From positions 1,856,001-1,920,000 of the forward strand of contig CAWCKW010000012.1 in assembly GCA_963796285.1 (NCBI GenBank): 64,000 bases of DNA, read 5' to 3'. A model generated the notes under the pieces. The model saw only the letters and a list, made by a program, of their open reading frames with translations. It ran no database searches and had not been told where the DNA came from. A program made the translations under genes and the position numbers. Shown here in pieces: positions 42,812-54,213 of this stretch (within the stretch, counting starts at the first letter, position 1; the number at the start of each line of letters is the position of its first letter). The DNA comes from Nitrospirota bacterium (GTDB taxonomy: Bacteria; Nitrospirota; UBA9217).

Positions 42812-42840
42812 GCGAATTCCTCCTTCCCCTGTTGAAAAAT

Positions 42841-42960
42841 CGCACCTCCGCTGCCGGAGCAGCGGAGGTGCGTGACTACCCTCTCCCCTATTATATCAGA
42901 GGATTGAGATACGACCGTTACGAGGCACGGGTACGGCGCCCGTGCGACGCCGTACCCGTG
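42841..42960. repeat. Two GC-rich hairpins between actP and acs
   Basis: 14-bp stem 42841-42872 (CGCACCTCCGCTGC) and 13-bp stem 42926-42960 (CACGGGTACGGCG). Confidence 0.8.
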
Positions 42961-42987
42961 CTTCCGGACACCTTCGTGCTTTGCTGT

Positions 42988-44780
42988 CTATTCCGCGCCG
43001 ATCCCGATATACTCACGGACCTTCACGCCAGCGAACTTGTCCTCCGCTTCCTTCTCGGGCTTCATGAGCGAGACGAGAATGCCATCAGGAATGCCGCGCC
43101 CATTGAAAAGATACCGGGGTTTTTCATGGGGAAGATCGGCTGGGGCATCCTGGATGCCGCGTCCTTCTTTTTCGCGGCCAGTGCATCTTTTTCCGCGGCC
43201 TTCGCCGTCATGGACGCCTGAAGCCCTGCGTTCTTATTTTCCGCTGCAGCCTTTTCCTTCTTCTTCATATTCGCGATTGCGGCATCGCGGGAACGATTTG
43301 TTTCTGCAGCGTCAGCGATCTGCGCATCAATTCCGCCCACGGCAGTGTCGATTTCCTTGATCTGCGCCTGGACTTTATCCACATCATCCTTATGCACGAT
43401 GTCAACCCAGACCGTGGGGCTGAGGATGATAAGAAGCGTGGCGACGATCAGTCCGGTGTAGATGCTGGTCACCGCACCCGCGGTCGTGAACTTTTTCCAC
43501 ATGATGGACAGAAGCAATGCGGGGAAATTGGCGCTCGCGGCGATCGCAAAGGTCAGACCGACCAGGAACGCGACGTTCTTGACCCTTGAAGAAGATGCCG
43601 AGCAGGATCGCGCATGATGCCGAGGCCGACGGTGGCGATCTTGGCGACCTTTACTTCTTCCTTCTCATTCGCAACACCGCGACGGATCACACCGACATAG
43701 AGGTCATGCGACAGGGCGGACGCGCCCGCGAGCGTGAGACCGGAAACCACTGCAAGGATCGTAGCAAAAGCGACTGCCGACAGGAACCCGAGAAAGATGT
43801 TTCCGCCGAGCACCTCGGCAAGCATCGGGCCCGCCATGTTGCCGCCCTTGTCAATGGCCATAATGGCCTTCTGGCCCACGAGCACGGCGGCGCCGAAGCC
43901 GATGGTCACGGTAAGGATGTAGAAGTAGCCGATGAACCCGGTTGCCACGAACACGGACTTTCTCGCCTGCTTCGCGTCGGGCACCGTGTAAAATCGCATA
44001 AGGATATGCGGGAGGCCGGCCGTACCGAACATGAGGGCAAGGCCGAGCGAGAATGCTTCAAGGGGGCTGGATATCGAGTCCGCCCGGTTCGAGGAACTTC
44101 TGGCTGCCGGCGTGGCAGCGGCTGCCTGGTTGAAGAGCTCACCATAGCTGAAGCCGAACTTGGCGAGGGTCATGATCACAAGCAGTCGTTGCGCCGCCCA
44201 GAAGCAGTCCGGCCTTGATGATCTGAACCCACGTCGTGGCGATCATGCCGCCGAACAGCACGTAGGAGATCATGAGCGTGCCGGTGACCACGATGGCAAG
44301 TTCAAAGGGAAGGCCGAACATGAGCTTGATCAGCGTACCGGCGCCGACCATCTGCGCGATCAGGTAGGTCAGGACGACCACGATCGAGCCGGCTGCAGCC
44401 GCCGCACGAATGGGCCGCTGCTGAAGGCGGAAGGCGACGACGTCGGCAAACGTGTACTTGCCGAGGTTCCGGAGCGGTTCCGAGATCAGGAACATGATGA
44501 TCGGCCATCCCACGAGCCAGCCCACGGAATAGATGAGGCCGTCGTAGCCTTTGGTCGACACGAGGCCGGCGATCCCGAGGAATGACGCGGCGCTCATGTA
44601 ATCGCCCGCAAGGGCAAGTCCGTTCTGGAAGCCGGTGATGCTCCTGCCTGCTGCATAAAAATCCTTTGTGGTCCTTGTCCGTTTTGCCGCCCAGTACGTA
44701 ATACCGAGGGTAATGAGCACGAACACAACGAAGAACATGATCGCAACGGGGTTTGCCTGTCCAATGATTGTCTGATGCAT
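42988..44780 (-). CDS. actP: Cation/acetate symporter (several frameshifts)
   Basis: [44 protein letters not shown]-terminal GIGAE*; pieces lie in three or more frames. Confidence 0.9.
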
Positions 44781-44782
44781 GG

Positions 44783-45096
44783 TTATCCTCCCACCTTTTC
44801 TTTGACTTTGTTGACCAGCACATCATACTTGGTGTTCGCCCACCAGATATAGATCCCGGTAAACACCCAGGACAATACGATCGTGCCGACCGCAATGGGG
44901 ATCCCGATCGTGGTGGCCGACGCCCTCGGAGAGCTTCTGCGCCAGGAACGGCTTGTTGAACGCGATCAGGCCGATGAACCCGAAATAGAGCACCAGCTCC
45001 AGGACCGTCAGAATGGTCGAAATGATGAACTTTCTGTCTGGACAGCTCTTTGAAATCCGGGTCATTCAAGATGTCTTCGTGTTTTAACTTGGCCAT
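44783..45096 (-). CDS. yjcH: DUF485 membrane protein (frameshifted)
   Basis: [20 protein letters not shown], and C-terminal NTKYD..KVGG* in a shifted frame; canonical position upstream of actP. Confidence 0.8.
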
Positions 45097-45132
45097 GTTT
45101 CATCCTCCTTTTGTTTGTTATACTTGGAATTT

Positions 45133-45831
45133 CTAAAAATTACTGAACTCCCCTGATAATCTGAACCGATCACCCCCTTTGAATGGCGTCCCTATCTTAA
45201 GCAGATCACCAATGTCCTTCGCTCCAGCCTCGGTCAGCAGCGGGAGAAACCTCTGGAACAGCTGCGCCGTGGCAAAAGCGTCCATGATCGCATTGTGCGC
45301 TCCGGACGCCGGGATACCGAAACATTCGCTGATCTCGGAGAGCCGGCACTCCCCGACCAGCGTTGCAACAGTGTCGCGGCACTTCTGGCGTTTCCGGAGC
45401 CATTCGTAAATACTGAACGTATCCAGGACGGCGTTCGGAAGTGCATGCCCGCGAAGCCGCTTCATCTCCCGGTTCAGAAATGCAAGGTCGATAGAGATGA
45501 AATGCCCCACGAGCACATCGGTGCCGCAAAATTCGAGGAACTCGGCCAGCACCGGCTCGATCACCGGTGATGCGGCTACCTCCGACGGCATGATCTCGTG
45601 GATGACCACGCTTGCGGCCGTCAATTCCGTCCGCGGGCTTACGAGGCGGTAGAAGGTTTCACCGAGGTCGATCCTGCCTCCTGTCATGCGCATTGCACCG
45701 ACGGAAACGATGGAATCCTTGTTCTCGTCGAGCCCGGTGAGTTCCGTGTCGATCGCCACGTAGCGTACTTCGGTGATCGGCGTTTTACTGTCGAGCCCCG
45801 GCTTTTTGTTCCTTCCGAACAGGTTGACCAT
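45133..45831 (-). CDS. DEDDh 3'-5' exonuclease (DNA pol III epsilon-like)
   Basis: IDTELTGL, VGH..IDLAFL, LDT, HNAIMDA; start 45831 preferred over GTG 45912. Confidence 0.88.
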   Translation of the reverse strand: MVNLFGRNKKPGLDSKTPITEVRYVAIDTELTGLDENKDSIVSVGAMRMTGGRIDLGETFYRLVSPRTELTAASVVIHEIMPSEVAASPVIEPVLAEFLEFCGTDVLVGHFISIDLAFLNREMKRLRGHALPNAVLDTFSIYEWLRKRQKCRDTVATLVGECRLSEISECFGIPASGAHNAIMDAFATAQLFQRFLPLLTEAGAKDIGDLLKIGTPFKGGDRFRLSGEFSNF

Positions 45832-45869
45832 CAGGTTCACCGATCTCGCCGGCATACGCCAGCGACCGG

Positions 45870-45903
45870 CATTCCGCCTTCTGACATCCGCATCCCGCAT
45901 TCC
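45870..45903. repeat. Degenerate heptamer array (CATTCCG-like)
   Basis: CATTCCG CCTTCTG ACATCCG CATCCCG CATTCC. Confidence 0.5.
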
Positions 45904-45908
45904 AACTC

Positions 45909-47846
45909 TCACCAGATAAGCGACTTGTACAGCTCTATGATCAGGGCCTGGATCTTCTCGACAAGCTGGAATGCCTCTTTGATCGACCGCTTCTCGAGGT
46001 TGCTCAACCGGTTCGGATTGATGAAGTTATCGGGCGCCTGCCCCGAGCTGACCTGGGTGTATTGATGATGGATACGGAGGAGCGTGATGAACTCGAAGGC
46101 CTGCTCCAGGTCGTCGGCATATTCCTCGACGATGGTATGTTTGCTCTTCAGCGTCTCGATCCGTTCCATGGTGGAGGTCTCGCGGATACCCTTCTCGAGC
46201 GCAAATAGCCGAAGGATGTCCACGAGAGGCGCGAGGCCTTTGATCTTGAGGTTCAGTTCGTCCTTGTGCGCCCCTCCCTTGTCCACAACAAATGACTTGA
46301 AGAACCCGATGGGCGGCTGGTTCTTGATCGCCATGTTCGCCACATACCCGAGGAACACCTTCTGGTCCTTGAGGAGCTCGATCAGATGGTCTCGGAGCGC
46401 TTCGGCCAGGGAGGTCTCTCCGTACATCGGCCGAAAGTCAAAGAAGGCCACGGAATTGAGCACGGCATCCGGCGTAGGCGTCGAGATCCAGGTGGAGAAA
46501 TATTTTTTCCAGACCTTGAGCGGCTGGCACCACTGGGGATTGCTCGCCATATAGTTTGCCGGGCAGGGCGGGAACCCGCACAGGAGCAGGCTGTCCCTTA
46601 CAAACTCGGCAAAGGCGGAGAAATATTTTTTCGCGGCTTCCGCCTCGGCCTCGCTCGCCGGATCGGCAGTGATGATGGCGTTGTCCTGATCGGTCTTGAA
46701 GGTCTGCTCCTTGCGGCCTTCGCTCCCATACCCGATCCAGCAGTAGGCAAGCGGCGGCTTGCCATGCTTCCGCTCGGCGCATTCAAGGACTTTGCGCACG
46801 AGCCGGTCATTGATCTCGGTGATGACCATGGTGATGTTGCTCGCCTTGGCCCCTTCCTTGAGCAAAAGCCCGACAATGCCGTTGATCTTCTTCGAGACGG
46901 GAATGAGCCCTTCGATGGTCTGCTGGCTCTCGATGTCCTTGGTGAGCGACAGCGGCGAGGTGCCCTGGAGCATCATCATGTCGTGGTTGGTGATCACCCC
47001 CGTGAGCTTCCCGTCCCTGATCACGAGGATGTGGTGGATATTGTACTTGATCATCTTGAGCACGGCCTCGAAGCAATAGTCCCGCGCATCGACGCGGATC
47101 AGTGATGTGCTCATGATGTTCTTGACCGGCTCATCGACGTTTCGGCCCTTTGCAACGACCTTTTCACGAAAGTCCCGGTCGGTCACCATGCCTGTCGGCA
47201 GGCTGTTGCGGTCCCTGACCACGATCGAACTGATGCGATGCTCGGACATGATCCGCGCCGCTTCCCGGATCGTCGTGTCCTCGTGCGTGGAAACGACATC
47301 CTTGACAGCCATGTCTCCCACCCGGGTCGTGAACAGCAGGCGGTCGCTCCCGCCGTAGAACATGCTCTTGTCCTGCATCTCGCGGTAGGTTTTATCGATG
47401 TAACGCGTGATATGGGATTTAAGGAAAAATTCAGTGAAGGACAGGTTGGAATCGAGCAGCTTTAATACCATCTCTTTGCCCAGGAGGTAACAGATCGTGT
47501 CCTCGACGGCCACGACGTTGGTTCGCACCCGGTCTTTGCCAACCATGGACAAGAACCCAAAGGTATCCCCGTCTCCCCGGTAATCCATGATCGCCTCGCC
47601 GCCGTCATCCGAAACAAGAACGAGCTTCACGCCGCCCTTTTTGATGATACGGAGTGCGTCACTCGGTGACCCATCCTGCCGCTGGATCACCATGTCCTTG
47701 GGATAGAACTCCATGGACAGATTCCGGGCAACAGCCTGGAGGTCAGTCTCACTAAGGAACTGGAACGGCGGGACCTTCTTCAGGAAGGCAACCGCGTCTT
47801 CAAGGATAATGTTGCTGCCATGATTCGGCACCTTGGTGGAGTTCAT
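45909..47846 (-). CDS. cNMP-binding + CBS pair + DUF294 nucleotidyltransferase
   Basis: FLKKVPPF, VTDRDFR, GSEGRKEQTFKTDQDNA, MASNPQW, FFDFR, LKIKG. Confidence 0.92.
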   Translation of the reverse strand: MNSTKVPNHGSNIILEDAVAFLKKVPPFQFLSETDLQAVARNLSMEFYPKDMVIQRQDGSPSDALRIIKKGGVKLVLVSDDGGEAIMDYRGDGDTFGFLSMVGKDRVRTNVVAVEDTICYLLGKEMVLKLLDSNLSFTEFFLKSHITRYIDKTYREMQDKSMFYGGSDRLLFTTRVGDMAVKDVVSTHEDTTIREAARIMSEHRISSIVVRDRNSLPTGMVTDRDFREKVVAKGRNVDEPVKNIMSTSLIRVDARDYCFEAVLKMIKYNIHHILVIRDGKLTGVITNHDMMMLQGTSPLSLTKDIESQQTIEGLIPVSKKINGIVGLLLKEGAKASNITMVITEINDRLVRKVLECAERKHGKPPLAYCWIGYGSEGRKEQTFKTDQDNAIITADPASEAEAEAAKKYFSAFAEFVRDSLLLCGFPPCPANYMASNPQWCQPLKVWKKYFSTWISTPTPDAVLNSVAFFDFRPMYGETSLAEALRDHLIELLKDQKVFLGYVANMAIKNQPPIGFFKSFVVDKGGAHKDELNLKIKGLAPLVDILRLFALEKGIRETSTMERIETLKSKHTIVEEYADDLEQAFEFITLLRIHHQYTQVSSGQAPDNFINPNRLSNLEKRSIKEAFQLVEKIQALIIELYKSLIW

Positions 47847-48400
47847 GGTAAATAACTAGCAAAACAAAGACCATATTTAAGAATTTTGCAAATCAGTCTC
47901 GATTTTTTTTAATTCGAATTATGCATGCCAACCGTCTTACACAATGTAGAGGAAACGCTGAGTTTTGCTTTTGTTGTGGTGGGTGGGGTGGGGACATAAT
48001 AATTTCGTAAAATCAATATGTTTTTATCGTGGTCTTCGTGGTATGTGCCAAAAAGTGCAGCCAATTGCGTTGTGGTGCATAATTGCAATTAGTAGAAGAT
48101 TTCACTTTATAAATAATGACTTAAAAAATTGTTCAGGGCAAATTCATAAGAGGTCATCATATACTGAAGTGTAGTCATCACATTCGTAACAAATAGTGAC
48201 ATTGTGGCGCGCAATCAGGCTACGAAAAGTAACTCTGAGATAGCGGCCAATAATTTCACGGGGTATGACAGAACCGGGAAGGCTTTTGGAAAAGGGCAAA
48301 ACTTTGGCTGGTGAGATCGTGTAACTACAACGCAATGTACCTAGAGAGCGACGTCCTGTTTTCGGTTCAATTTGTTGGGCTTTATAAGCAGCATTCTGCC

Positions 48401-48792
48401 CTACCTGCTTTTCCTTTTAGCGTTCCGTACCCGATACAGCCTCTCTGTAAAACCTCCCTCGGTTTCAAAAGCCTTGCTTGAGCCGCAAGCTGACGGTCGA
48501 GCAAGTAACAGCACAAGTTCAAAAGCGAAAGCGCGGCATTAGCCACCAGCGTAGAGTCTGACACAGACCGACACGGACCTGCACTGACAGACACTGACGC
48601 TTGAGTTTTGACTCTTCTTTCCGTGCCAGTCCCTGTCCGTCCATGTTCGTCAGTGTGCTCGTTCCTGTCTTTGTGCTTTTGCTCCTCCGCCACCCATGCC
48701 CGCACATCCTCCATAGAGGCACAACGCTTCGCCTTGAAGCGCTTGAGAGCTGGGTGGTCCGGCTCCCACATGGGCAGCTCACGCTGCCGCAG
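48401..48792 (-). pseudogene. 5'-truncated four-helix-bundle-suffix protein remnant
   Basis: LRQRELPMW.. VANAALSLLNLCCYLLDRQL, then after a frameshift FETEGGFTERLYRVR; internal repeat linker; N-terminal half absent. Confidence 0.75.
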
Positions 48793-48796
48793 ACTG

Positions 48797-49393
48797 CTAC
48801 TTACTTGCTTTATATTTTTTTATGATCATGTTCACCGATTTTCCGGCGTCGCGCTTCAGCCAGAACACACAGAAGATCGCCGACGCGATCACTACTGCAG
48901 CGAGGCCTCGTTCGCCCCGCTGGATCATCGCGATCGCACCGCTGAGCAAAAAGATCATGAAACCGAGAGGAATTAATATTTTTGAAAGGACCTCCTTGAC
49001 CGGTGACAGGTTCCGGTAACATTCCCGCGCATCGTCAGGCCTGCCCATTTTTTCGTACAGCTCTCCCAAACCGTACCACAACAGATTGTTCTGGGGGTCC
49101 GCTTTGGTCACCCGCTCATAATAGATGAGCGCCCGGTTGGGGTCGATGTCATGCAGCTGCACGGCAAGCCGGCTCCAGAGGGTGTACCGGTTCCCCGATC
49201 GGGCGTAATGCTGTTCCGCGGCATCGCCTCTTCCCGTCTCTTCGAGGATCACCGCCTTCATGAACTGCCCACGGTGAAAATCCGGATGAGAAACAAGAAG
49301 CATGTCCACCGCCTTCTCGGCAGCGTCATATTCCTTTTTTTCATAATGCCCTAAGATCATGTTTAGCAGTTTGCTGATGGATTCCATGTTCAT
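48797..49393 (-). CDS. TPR protein with two C-terminal TM helices
   Basis: ALIYYERVTKADPQNNLLWYGLGELYEKMGRPDDARECY. Confidence 0.8.
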   Translation of the reverse strand: MNMESISKLLNMILGHYEKKEYDAAEKAVDMLLVSHPDFHRGQFMKAVILEETGRGDAAEQHYARSGNRYTLWSRLAVQLHDIDPNRALIYYERVTKADPQNNLLWYGLGELYEKMGRPDDARECYRNLSPVKEVLSKILIPLGFMIFLLSGAIAMIQRGERGLAAVVIASAIFCVFWLKRDAGKSVNMIIKKYKASK

Positions 49394-49427
49394 CCCCCCG
49401 ATCTATTACCCGTAATGTCAAAATCGA

Positions 49428-49670
49428 ACCACAGAGTTCGCAGAGAACGATAAGCCCTAACAACAGAGCTCACAGAGTTTTTTGCATATTTAAAATATTT
49501 TTTCTCAGTGTTCTCTGCCTGCACCCGCGTTTCGTAAGAGCAAAGGGTGTGGTTAAATCTTGCCTGCGCCCAGCGTTTACGAGTGGAACCGTAGCCTGCT
49601 CTTGCCTGTGGCCGCGATATGGCTACAGCAGGCTACGAAAACGCGGCCATAAACGAGTGTAGGGTGTGGC
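49428..49670. repeat. Composite of CACAGAG/CTCTG 9-mer-type inverted repeats and a REP-like hairpin
   Basis: AACCACAGAG..CAGAG arrays versus TTCTCAGTGTTCTCTG..GTGTGGTT; CGTAGCCTGC...GCAGGCTACG stem. Confidence 0.55.
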
Positions 49671-49791
49671 TTCATTTTTCATCCCCTTGTTTCATAAAAC
49701 TTTTGACACTACCCTGTTGCCAACTCTTGTGAATCCGGCAGAGCGGCCGCCCACCCTGCTCTGTTTGATCGTCAATTGCGTTACGCGCGAC

Positions 49792-51141
49792 CTACCGCTC
49801 CCTCGGCATCCCCCACTTCCTTCTCTTCTCCCAGAGTGATTTTCTGGTGATCCCGAGCATATCGGCCAGCTGCTGTTCGTTGTACTCGGTCTGAAACCGC
49901 AGGATGAACGCCTTGGTGTAATCCTCGATCGTAAGTTTCTTTTCAAAGACGTCGCGCTGGAACGTCGTCTCGGACCGCACACCGACTGACAGGTGCTCCG
50001 GCAGAATGCTGTCGCCGTCGGAGATCAGAATGGCCCGCTCGATCACATTCTGGAGCTCTCGCACGTTCCCGGACCACCGGTACTGCCGCATGAGGTCCAT
50101 GGCCTCGGGAGAGATGTTCTTGACCTGCTTTCCTACTTCGCGTGCATAGCGGGCGAGGTAGTGACGGGAGAGCGCAGCGATGTCCTCCGTTCTCTCCCGA
50201 AGGGGCGGGATCTGCAGGGAGATCACGTTGATCCGGTAATACAGGTCTTCGCGGAAGGCCCCCTCCCGCACGGCCGCGTTCAGGTCCCGGTTCGTCGCGG
50301 TGACGAACCGGATGTCGACCTTCGAACCTTTGGTGCTGCCCACCGGCCTGATCACCTGGTCCTCGATCACCCGGAGCAGTTTTGCCTGGAGGGACAGGCT
50401 CATGTCGCCGATCTCATCCAGAAAGACCGTGCCGCCTTCGGCCTCCTCGAGGATGCCCTTTTTGGTCGCCACGGCGCCGGTAAAAGCGCCGCGCACATGG
50501 CCAAAAAGCTCGGTTTCCAGAAGGGTTTCGGGGATGGCCGAACAGTTGATCGGTACGAAGGGCTTGTCACGTCGCGAGCTGTTGTGATGGATGACCCGCG
50601 CGAAAAGCTCCTTGCCCGTCCCCGTTTCTCCAAGGAGGAGCACCGTGCTTTTCGCGTCTGATATCTTCCTCACTTCATCGATGATCGTCCTGAGCGCGTC
50701 GCTCTCTCCGATGATGCTGCTGAAATCGTGGTCCTGGCCTACCGCCCGCTTCAGCAACACGTTCTCCGCCTCAAGGCTCTTCTGCCGGAGCGCGTTCCGA
50801 ACGATCTGCTTGATTTCCTCGTGGATGATCGGCTTCATGATATAATCGTAAGCGCCCGCCCTGAGCGCCTTGACCGAGGTGTCCAGAGACGCATAGGCCG
50901 TGACGACGATGAAGATCTGGTCCGGCACCTGTTCGCGGATCTTGATGAGCAGTTCGATCCCGTCCATGCCCGGCAGGATGATATCGGAAATGATCACGTC
51001 GTAAACGCCGGTTTCGAGCAGGGAGAGCGCCTGCTCCGCTGACTCCGCTCCGTCCGCAACAAATCCCTCTTTGGCGAAAATGCGCTTGATGGACTCCCTC
51101 AGCGTCTCTTCGTCTTCCACGATCAAAATATTTCTCGACAT
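49792..51141 (-). CDS. Sigma54-dependent response regulator (NtrC/CbrB-like)
   Basis: REC domain, GETGTGKE, GAFTGA, FLDEIG, REDLYYR, C-terminal HTH. Confidence 0.95.
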   Translation of the reverse strand: MSRNILIVEDEETLRESIKRIFAKEGFVADGAESAEQALSLLETGVYDVIISDIILPGMDGIELLIKIREQVPDQIFIVVTAYASLDTSVKALRAGAYDYIMKPIIHEEIKQIVRNALRQKSLEAENVLLKRAVGQDHDFSSIIGESDALRTIIDEVRKISDAKSTVLLLGETGTGKELFARVIHHNSSRRDKPFVPINCSAIPETLLETELFGHVRGAFTGAVATKKGILEEAEGGTVFLDEIGDMSLSLQAKLLRVIEDQVIRPVGSTKGSKVDIRFVTATNRDLNAAVREGAFREDLYYRINVISLQIPPLRERTEDIAALSRHYLARYAREVGKQVKNISPEAMDLMRQYRWSGNVRELQNVIERAILISDGDSILPEHLSVGVRSETTFQRDVFEKKLTIEDYTKAFILRFQTEYNEQQLADMLGITRKSLWEKRRKWGMPRER

Positions 51142-51266
51142 CATAACCTCGTTAGCACTGGTATCCGCAGATTCCGCGGCTGTAGAAAAAACGTCCTGCT
51201 TCGTTATTTCCCAACGCAATCGTTTCCTGTTTGGACCTTATATCTGCGCGATCTGCGGACAAGCCT

Positions 51267-54213
51267 TTACGCTTCCACCGGGATCTTGATCGTGAACCGC
51301 GTCCCCCGGTCCTTTTCCGAATCGATCTCGATGGTGCCGCCGTGGTCCTTGATGATGCTGTAACAGATGCTGAGTCCCAGACCCGTGCCCTTGGTCGGCC
51401 CCTTGGTGCTGAAAAATGGATCGAAGATCTTGTCCCGGACCCCGGGATCGATGCCGTGTCCCGTGTCGGCAAAACGCACTTCAACCAGGCCGTTCGACCG
51501 TTTAATCGAGATATCGAGGTCCCCGCCGTCGGGCATGGCGTCACGCGCGTTCAGGATCAGGTTCAGGAACACCTGCTGGATCTGGTCGGGGTCGATCTTG
51601 AGCAGCGGGGTGTCCTGCACCTCCGTGTGGATCACGACCTTCCGGAAGTTTTTGTCGTAGCGAACGAGGTTCAGCGTGTTCTCAAGGATGTCCCGAAGGC
51701 TCGTCGGCAATTTCTGGCGCGGGTAAAGCCGGGCAAAATCTCCGAGGTTCCGCACGATCCGCGCGATCCGGTGCACGTGCTGATTGATCGTGCCGAGAGA
51801 GTCCTTCTCAAAAGACGACAGGTCCTCGGTCAACAGCTCCTGCACCAGGGAAGAGATGGACGCAAGCGGGTTGCCGATCTCGTGCGCCACACCCGCGGCG
51901 AGCCTGCCTACACTTGCATGCTTGGTCGCGCGAAACAGTTCCTCCTCGATCTTCTTCTTCTCAGTGATGTCCTCAAGCACCAGAACGTATCCCTTCTGCG
52001 CGCCCGTAAGCCTGCTGATGTAGCCCTTCAGGATGATCTGGGGATCGAAGTTCCGTCTGCACGTAATTTCTCCCTCGTGCACGTCAGGGTTGAAAAGCCG
52101 CGGTTCCAGACACGTCAGCAGGTCCTTGGCCTGTTCGTTCAATGCGTCGGACTTCTCCACACCCGTTATCATCTCCATACCGCTGTTCCAGTATGTCACG
52201 TGTCGCGACTCGTCAAGGGTCGCCACACCGAGCGGCAGGCTTTCGATGATGTTCTCGCTGAACTCCTTGAGGATGGCAAGCTGCCGGTTCGCCTCGGCGA
52301 GTTCCTGCCGCGACAGCCGCAGGCTTCGGGATATCTGCTGGATGGAGTCCGAGACGCGCAGCGCGTCATCATGCGTCAGGACCATCTGGTTCTGGAACAC
52401 CAGGGTGCTGATGGACGGCCCGAGGGCGCCTGACAGGATGCGCTCGGCCTCTTCCCTGAGTTTCAGAAGCCACTCGTTTGATATCGATTTGCGGGCTATG
52501 CTGTTCTTTTTTAAAAAGCCGTCCACAGCCTCGCGGGCCTCGTGCTTGCCGATGTACTGTCCCAGGATGTCCTCGATCTTTACAATATCAACGGGCCGGT
52601 GGGACTGCGAAAACTGGAGCGGCGAATAGGAGTCCACGAAGATTATGGCCTGGCGGGTCTCGGCATCGGACTGCCGGGTGAAAATCGATACGCCCACAAA
52701 GGAGAGGAGGTTCAGCAGCAGACCCCAGAACAGGGAGTGGCTCCAGCGGTCGAGGCCTACGAGGCCGAAAAGCGCCGTGGGGTTCAGAAGCGTCGAGCTA
52801 AAGATCGCCCCCATGACGCCGCGCGGTTCGATGATCCCGGCGCGCATAAGCGCAGGGATGAGAAGCGTGTAGATCCAGACGCTGAAGCCCGCAATGATCC
52901 CGGCGATGGCGCCCTTCTTGTTGCCGCCCTTCCAGTAGAGGCCGAGCAGCATCGACGGGGCAAAGATGGTGACCGCCTCGAAGGACTTGAGTCCGATGTC
53001 CACGAGGCTGTAGTATTCACCGATTGTGACAGCGAAGGTGTACCCGAGGAACACGCATCCCAGGATGACGACCCGCTTGATGTTCAACATCACCGTCGAG
53101 AAGTTCTTGAACGCCCGCAAATCCCAGAACGTGGGCACGACAAAACTGTTCATGACCATCGTGGACAGTGCCACTGACTCCACGATGATCATGGCCGTGG
53201 CCGCTGAGAATCCCCCGACGAATACGAAAAGCGCCAGCAGCGGGTGGCCGTAGTGCAGGGGAATGCTGAGGACGTAATAGTCCGCGCTCGACCGGATGTC
53301 GCCGAGAAGCAACCCACCGTAAGCAATGGGAAGGACGAAGACGTTGATCAGAAAAAGATAGAGCGGAAAGAGCCACATGGCTTTTTTGATATGGCTGGCT
53401 GAATAATTTTCAACCACTGCCACGTGAAACTGCCGGGGCAGGAACATGATGGCCATCATCGACAGGAACGTCAGCGACGTCCATTCGAGAAAGCTCACCC
53501 CGGAGTCGCTGCCGATCTTGGTCAAGCCGAGCAAAGGGACCGGTCTTGATCTTCGTCAGAATGTCACCGAAGCCGTTGAATAGCCCATAGGTCACGAAGA
53601 TGCCGACACTGAGGAAGGCGACGAGCTTGATCGCCGACTCAAAAGCAATGGCGAAGACCAGCCCGCCGTGGCGTTCACTTGCATCGAGCCTTCGCGCGCC
53701 GAAGATCACGGCAAACACACCAAGGAGCAGCGAGATGAACCAGCCCGCAAAGTGGCTGCTTTCAGGCCTGCCCGAGAGCAGGGAGAAGGTCGTCATGATG
53801 GCCTTGAGCTGGAGCCCGAGATAGGGTGTTATGCCGATGACCGCTACGAAGGTGACGAGCGCCGACAGGCCAAGCGACTTTCCGTAGCGCGAGGAGATGA
53901 AGTCCGAGATCGTGGTGATCCGGTTTTCCTTGGAGATATAGACGATCTTCCGCAGAACGATCCACCAGAGCGCCGCCATCAGCGTCGGGCCGATATAGAT
54001 CGTGAGGAAGCTCAGCCCCGAATTCGCCGCCTTGCCCACGCTGCCGTAGAACGTCCAGGAGGTGCAGTACACGGCCAGGGAGAGCGAGTAGACATAGGGG
54101 TTCGAAACCAGGCTCTTCCCCTGCAGTTCCTTGCGCTCGGCAAAATACGCTACGGAAAAGAGCAGGAGGAGATAGGAAAGCAGAGTGAACAGTAGGGTCC
54201 AGGGAGAAAACAA
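51267..54213 (-). CDS. CbrA/CrbS-type SLC5 symporter-STAC-PAS-histidine kinase (frameshift near 53525)
   Basis: YSLSLAVYCTSWTFYGSVG, PYLGLQLKA, LPRQFHV, AERILSGALG, AHEIGNPL, GTGLGL. Confidence 0.9.
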
